From contig SKWE01000069.1 in NCBI GenBank assembly GCA_007129055.1, positions 1-51,611 of the forward strand: DNA of 51,611 bases, in the 5' to 3' direction. Positions 47,149-51,611 of this stretch are shown here, piece after piece. The number at the start of each line of letters is the position of its first letter. Position 1 is the stretch's first letter. Source of the DNA: Syntrophomonadaceae bacterium. Lineage in GTDB: Bacteria; Bacillota; Dethiobacteria; DTU022. The translations under genes were made by a program, and so were the position numbers. The notes beneath the pieces were generated by a model that made no database searches, had not been told where the DNA came from, and saw nothing but the letters and a program-made list of their open reading frames with translations.

Positions 47149-48123
47149 CTATTTATTCGCCTGGGGCAGCAGTAAATCCTTCACCTTTTTGTAAATTTTT
47201 TCAGATAACATGTCATTCGAATCACTTTCACCAAGATTTAACCAGGTGATGCTTTCATCGCTTCTGAACCAGGTAAGCTGTCGTTTGGCGAAATTCCGGG
47301 TCTGTTTTTTTATTTCATTTACCGCGGTTTCAAAACTGATTTCTCCTGAAAGGTAAGATAATAGTTGACGATAGCCAAGAATTCTCATGCCGGGACTGCT
47401 ATTGTCAAACCCCCTGGCCATTAGCATCCGGACTTCTTCTTCGAATCCTTTTTGGAGCATTTGGTCTACCCGCTCATCTATCCTGGAGTACAAACTTTCA
47501 CGGTCCATGTTAAGGGCAAAGGTCAGGGTATTGTAACACGATTCGTTCTGTTTTGTTTCGTTTACCTGCTGCGATATAGGTTTACCCTCAAGGTCATATA
47601 CTTCAAGAGCCCTGATAATGCGCCTTTTATCATTTGGGTGGATTATTTTTGCCGCCGCCGGATCAAGATATTCCAGTTTGCTATACAAGTATTCCAATCC
47701 CTTGTTTTCGGCAATTTCAAGATAATAATTCCTGATTGTTGAATCAGCCCCCTGCTGTCCGAAAGCATAACGATCCTTAACTGCCTTAATATATAAGCCT
47801 GTTCCGCCTACAAGAAATGGTACTTTGCCTTCACTATATACTGCTTCAATTGTTTTGTAAGCTTCCTTTTGATAATCGGCAACACTGAAGTCTTGATCCG
47901 GGTCAATTAAATCTATCAAATGGTGCTTAATTAATTTTTGATCCTGCAGCGATGGTTTAGCCGTCCCGATATCCATGTACTTGTATACCTGCGCTGAATC
48001 AGCGCTGATTATATCTGTGCCAATGATTTGTGACAGTTCCATGGCCAGGGATGATTTTCCCACAGCAGTTGGCCCACACAAAACCAGCAGCGGTATTATC
48101 TTGCTATCTCCTGTTCTATTCAA
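47149..48123 (-). CDS. miaA: tRNA dimethylallyltransferase
   Basis: P-loop GPTAVGKS, SADSAQVYK..DIGTAKP and RQLTWFR motifs. Confidence 0.93.
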   Translation of the reverse strand: MNRTGDSKIIPLLVLCGPTAVGKSSLAMELSQIIGTDIISADSAQVYKYMDIGTAKPSLQDQKLIKHHLIDLIDPDQDFSVADYQKEAYKTIEAVYSEGKVPFLVGGTGLYIKAVKDRYAFGQQGADSTIRNYYLEIAENKGLEYLYSKLEYLDPAAAKIIHPNDKRRIIRALEVYDLEGKPISQQVNETKQNESCYNTLTFALNMDRESLYSRIDERVDQMLQKGFEEEVRMLMARGFDNSSPGMRILGYRQLLSYLSGEISFETAVNEIKKQTRNFAKRQLTWFRSDESITWLNLGESDSNDMLSEKIYKKVKDLLLPQANK

Positions 48124-48126
48124 CTA

Positions 48127-49884
48127 TTAACTCCCCTTGCGATGAAACCATTTTTCAATCTGGCTGCGGTTGAATCTGATCACGGCAGGCCTGCCATGCG
48201 GACAATAATCTGAGTTTGGAGTTTGCTCCCACTTTTTGATCAATATTTCCATCTCATCAAGGGATAAAGCCTGTTTTGCTTTAACAGATCGGTGACAGGC
48301 AACTGTTTTTCGGACCAACTGTTCATATTCTTCCCTGTTATTATAGTCTGCAGTTATAAGGGTTTCTATCAAGTCATAAACCTGATCACTGCGGGTGTCA
48401 TTGCTGAAGTTGAAAGGGACAGACCTGATGACATAACTGTCTTCACCAATTAATTCCAGGTTGAAACCGCTGCTATTGAGAAGTGGGATAAGTTCCTGTA
48501 ACCTGTCTTGCCATGCCGGTGGAAGATCAAGTTTTAAAGGCATGGTCAGCTGAATGCTGCCCTTGTCAGGGTTTGTTGTGCTGGAAGATTCAAGGTAATT
48601 GTAGTTTATTCTTTCATGCGCTGCATGCTGGTCTATTATGAGTAGATCTTCGCCGCTCTGGACCAGCAGGTAGCTCTGAAGAAACTGTCCTATAAGTCGG
48701 TGCGTTTTCTTTTGTGTTTCATCAATTATATTATATTCACTTAAAGGTTTTCCGGTATGAGCGGCATCCCTGGTTTTATAACTTTTATAAGCAGTATCAA
48801 ACAAGCTATTTTCCTGGATATAGGAAGTTTGATCATTATAAATAGATTTATCAGAAGGGTAACTAATACCCTTAAAGCTTTCTATCTCCCTTGAAATATT
48901 ATTAGCAGCCTGTTTAACAGCCCTATAGACAACTTTTTTTACCGTTTCTGGATCAAGAAAGCGAATTTCCGTTTTAGCGGGATGGACATTTACATCAAGT
49001 TTATCCGGGGGTATAACAAGCGACATTACTGCTATGGGATGTCGCTGCCGGGGGATAAGATCTGAATATCCACGCTCAAGCGCATTTGTAAGCATTGCAT
49101 TTTTTACAAGGCGCCCATTTATTATTAGTGTAATCCATCGCCTGGAGGAACGGGTTAAAGTTGGCGCTGATGTATACCCGGACAGGAAAATCCCGGAATC
49201 ACTTTCTTTACGATTAACTGCAATCATTGCGCCGGCAACCTCATCACCATACAGTGAACCGATAACATGTAGCAGTTTACCATCTCCCGTTGTTTTAAGA
49301 ACTGTACGCCTGCCATTTTTTAATATAAATGCTACGCCTGGGTAAGCCAGCGCCATTTCGGATAGTAGGGTGCTAATTCTTGCTGACTCAACAGAGTCCG
49401 CTCTCAAGAATTTAAAACGCCCGGGGGTGTTATAAAAAAGGTCTTTTACTTCAACTCTCGTTCCATAGGGAGCGCCGGCTTCCAATTCTTCAATAATCTC
49501 TCCACCTTCAATTAATATCTTTGACGCTGAAAGAACATCAGCGTTGCGGGTAGTCAAAATTACTTTTGAAACGGCAGCTATACTGGGCAGTGCTTCCCCC
49601 CTGAAACCAAGACTTGCCAGGTTATCAAGGTCATCTATTGCCTTTAATTTACTGGTTGCAAACCTTGTGAAAGCCAGGGGAAGATCCTGAGGTTTAATAC
49701 CTTTCCCATCATCAGTAACTGCAATTAAGCTTTTACCTCCATTTTCTATTTCAACAGAGATACTTAAGGAGCCGGCATCAATTGAATTCTCAACCAACTC
49801 TTTAACAACGGATGCAGGGTTTTCAATTACTTCACCTGCGGCTATTTTTTCTGCAGTGAATTTATCCAGTACTTTTATGTCCAT
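48127..49884 (-). CDS. mutL: DNA mismatch repair protein MutL (endonuclease type)
   Basis: GHKL ATPase N-terminus (IAAGEVIENPASVVKELVENSIDAG) and the C-terminal endonuclease motif DQHAAHERINY. Confidence 0.93.
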   Translation of the reverse strand: MDIKVLDKFTAEKIAAGEVIENPASVVKELVENSIDAGSLSISVEIENGGKSLIAVTDDGKGIKPQDLPLAFTRFATSKLKAIDDLDNLASLGFRGEALPSIAAVSKVILTTRNADVLSASKILIEGGEIIEELEAGAPYGTRVEVKDLFYNTPGRFKFLRADSVESARISTLLSEMALAYPGVAFILKNGRRTVLKTTGDGKLLHVIGSLYGDEVAGAMIAVNRKESDSGIFLSGYTSAPTLTRSSRRWITLIINGRLVKNAMLTNALERGYSDLIPRQRHPIAVMSLVIPPDKLDVNVHPAKTEIRFLDPETVKKVVYRAVKQAANNISREIESFKGISYPSDKSIYNDQTSYIQENSLFDTAYKSYKTRDAAHTGKPLSEYNIIDETQKKTHRLIGQFLQSYLLVQSGEDLLIIDQHAAHERINYNYLESSSTTNPDKGSIQLTMPLKLDLPPAWQDRLQELIPLLNSSGFNLELIGEDSYVIRSVPFNFSNDTRSDQVYDLIETLITADYNNREEYEQLVRKTVACHRSVKAKQALSLDEMEILIKKWEQTPNSDYCPHGRPAVIRFNRSQIEKWFHRKGS

Positions 49885-49891
49885 CTTAACC

Positions 49892-51611
49892 TTAGTCCTC
49901 TTCTCTCTTCTTTTCCTCTAGACCATAAAGTTTTTTCTGCAGCGTATATATTTTTTCCAAGGCTTCCATAGGAGTAATATTGTTTATATCAAGCTCTTTT
50001 ATTTCTTCGATAAGTTCTAATGCAGGGTAGTACTGATGGTCAGGTTTTGATACCATGGGCAGTAAGCTTAACTGTTGTTCAGAAGCACTTGATGCTGCCA
50101 ATTCCAGCTCTGCTAAAATCGTTTCTGCCCTGGCTAAAACAGACATTGGTACTCCCGCCAGGCGGGCAACATTTATACCGTAACTTTTATCGGCTTTTCC
50201 CGCTACCACCTGTCTTAGAAAGATTACTTCCTTTCCCCGTTCTTTAACCGCCATGGTGTAATTTTTTATTCCTGAAAGCTCGCCCTCCAGGTTGGTTAAT
50301 TCATGGTAATGGGTTGAAAATAGTGTTTTTGCCTTAATTTCGCTGCTTAAATATTCGACTACACTACGTGCTATACTCATACCATCGTAAGTGCTTGTCC
50401 CTCTACCAATTTCATCCAATATTACCAAACTGTTCTTTGTGGCTTCTTTTAAAATAGCTGCTGTTTCCTGCATTTCAACCATAAAGGTGCTGTGCCCCTT
50501 ACTTAGATCATCGCTGGCGCCCACCCTGGCAAAGATTCTATCGATAATCGGTAATTCAGCCTTCTCAGCTGGAATGAAACTACCCGTTTGGGACATAATA
50601 GATATTAGGGCCGCACAGCGAATATAAGTACTTTTACCTGCCATATTAGGGCCGGTAATGACCAGGATATAGTGGTCCTTATCCATCATATAGTCGTTTG
50701 GCACATATCTTTCGTAACCCAATTGCTCAACAACGGGATGCCTTCCCTGCCTGATCATAAAACGGTTCTTATCGGCAAACACCGGACGACAGTATTTATT
50801 AATCTCTGCTGCTTCTGCCAGGCCCTGCAAAAAATCAAGGGTTGCTATTTCGTAGGCCGCTGATAACAGTTGAAAAGTATAATCGCTGACAGCTGTCCGC
50901 AGCTCCTCAAATAAGCTATATTCAAGTGATGCCAGCTTGTCGCGGGCTCCAACAATCTGTTCTTCAAGCTTGTTCAGCTCTTCTACTGTATAGCGTTCAG
51001 CATTAACAAGGGTTTGTTTACGGTGGTATTCGGGAGGTACAAGGGTAAGATTACTTTTTGTTACCTCAATATAGTAGCCGAAGTTCCTGTTGTAACCAAT
51101 GCGAAGAGATTTAATGCCAGTCCGCTGTTTTTCATCATTTTCAAACTGCAATAACATATTTTTTCCTTCGCTGGAGATAGTTTTTAATCGATCAACATCT
51201 TCATTAAAACCTTCTTTGAATAAACCTCCGTCAGTAATCGACAGGGGTGGTTCTTCAACCAGGGCATTATCAATCAATGCTGTTAAATTATCAAATGCTG
51301 GTAATCTGCTGTTGATATCATTCAGCATTTCGGAAGTATAGCTTTTCAAGGCTTGTTTCAGATCTTTTAGCTGAACTAAAGTTTTTTTGAGGGCGACCAG
51401 ATCGCGGGCGTTAACCCTTTGGTAAGTTAGTCTGCTGCAAAAACGTTCAATATCAAATACATCGTCAAGAATTTTGCGAAGCTCGCGACGCTGCAGGCGT
51501 TTTTTTAATAGCTCTTCAACTGCATCAAGCCTGTTTTCTATCATATTCTCATCAATAAGTGGCTGTTCCAGCATCCTCCTGAGCAGCCTTCTGCCCATTC
51601 CCGTCATGCAG
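49892..51611 (-). CDS. mutS: DNA mismatch repair protein MutS (partial; the N-terminus lies beyond the window)
   Basis: Walker A GPNMAGKST, STFMVEM and DEIGRGTSTYDG motifs. The ORF is open to the window edge. Confidence 0.95.
   Translation of the reverse strand, partial: CMTGMGRRLLRRMLEQPLIDENMIENRLDAVEELLKKRLQRRELRKILDDVFDIERFCSRLTYQRVNARDLVALKKTLVQLKDLKQALKSYTSEMLNDINSRLPAFDNLTALIDNALVEEPPLSITDGGLFKEGFNEDVDRLKTISSEGKNMLLQFENDEKQRTGIKSLRIGYNRNFGYYIEVTKSNLTLVPPEYHRKQTLVNAERYTVEELNKLEEQIVGARDKLASLEYSLFEELRTAVSDYTFQLLSAAYEIATLDFLQGLAEAAEINKYCRPVFADKNRFMIRQGRHPVVEQLGYERYVPNDYMMDKDHYILVITGPNMAGKSTYIRCAALISIMSQTGSFIPAEKAELPIIDRIFARVGASDDLSKGHSTFMVEMQETAAILKEATKNSLVILDEIGRGTSTYDGMSIARSVVEYLSSEIKAKTLFSTHYHELTNLEGELSGIKNYTMAVKERGKEVIFLRQVVAGKADKSYGINVARLAGVPMSVLARAETILAELELAASSASEQQLSLLPMVSKPDHQYYPALELIEEIKELDINNITPMEALEKIYTLQKKLYGLEEKKREED

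Overview
This window is mostly a syntenic housekeeping stretch of an AT-rich, spore-forming Firmicutes/Clostridia-type chromosome. spoVS, ymdB, rny and recX are present, start codons include TTG and GTG, and ribosome-binding sites are GGAGG-type.

Plus strand, in order:
- rpsB-tsf-pyrH-frr
- uppS-cdsA-dxr-rseP-ispG plus a small GT2 gene
- rimP-nusA-ylxR-infB-rbfA-nrnA-truB-ribF
- rpsO-pnp-dut-rnj
- a DagK-like lipid kinase and ftsK
- rimO-cinA-thpR-recA-recX
- rny-ymdB, spoVS, and a PHP phosphoesterase
- a gamma/BCCP/beta module of a Na+-translocating decarboxylase
- gltX

The only clearly non-core block is 37.7-42.7 kb on the minus strand. It holds a GT4 glycolipid-synthase-like gene, a CapA-family protein, a BPL_N/GATase1-like lipoprotein, and an atypical tyrosine recombinase with a zinc-ribbon tail. 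After it come a Leu T-box leader with a solitary leuA, then lexA. The converging minus-strand block is mutS(partial)-mutL-miaA-hfq-hflX.

I found no rRNA, tRNA, CRISPR array, transposase, phage module or recognisable defence system, and I cannot point to a convincing novel multi-gene system. The leads most worth a second look:
1. The recombinase, which lacks a core-binding domain and carries a zinc-ribbon tail.
2. A promoter-to-terminator structured RNA immediately upstream of rny.
3. A near-consensus LexA (Cheo) box inside the ftsK promoter.
4. The CapA + GATase1-like lipoprotein pair.
5. A decarboxylase membrane module with no carboxyltransferase gene nearby.

Long acidic tails on S2 and NusA, acidic linkers in exported proteins and the Na+ pump hint at a halophilic lifestyle. 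That is inference only.

CDS coordinates follow the supplied ORF track, with start codons refined where an RBS argues for it. Coordinates of RNA and regulatory features were counted by hand and may be off by 1-2 nt.
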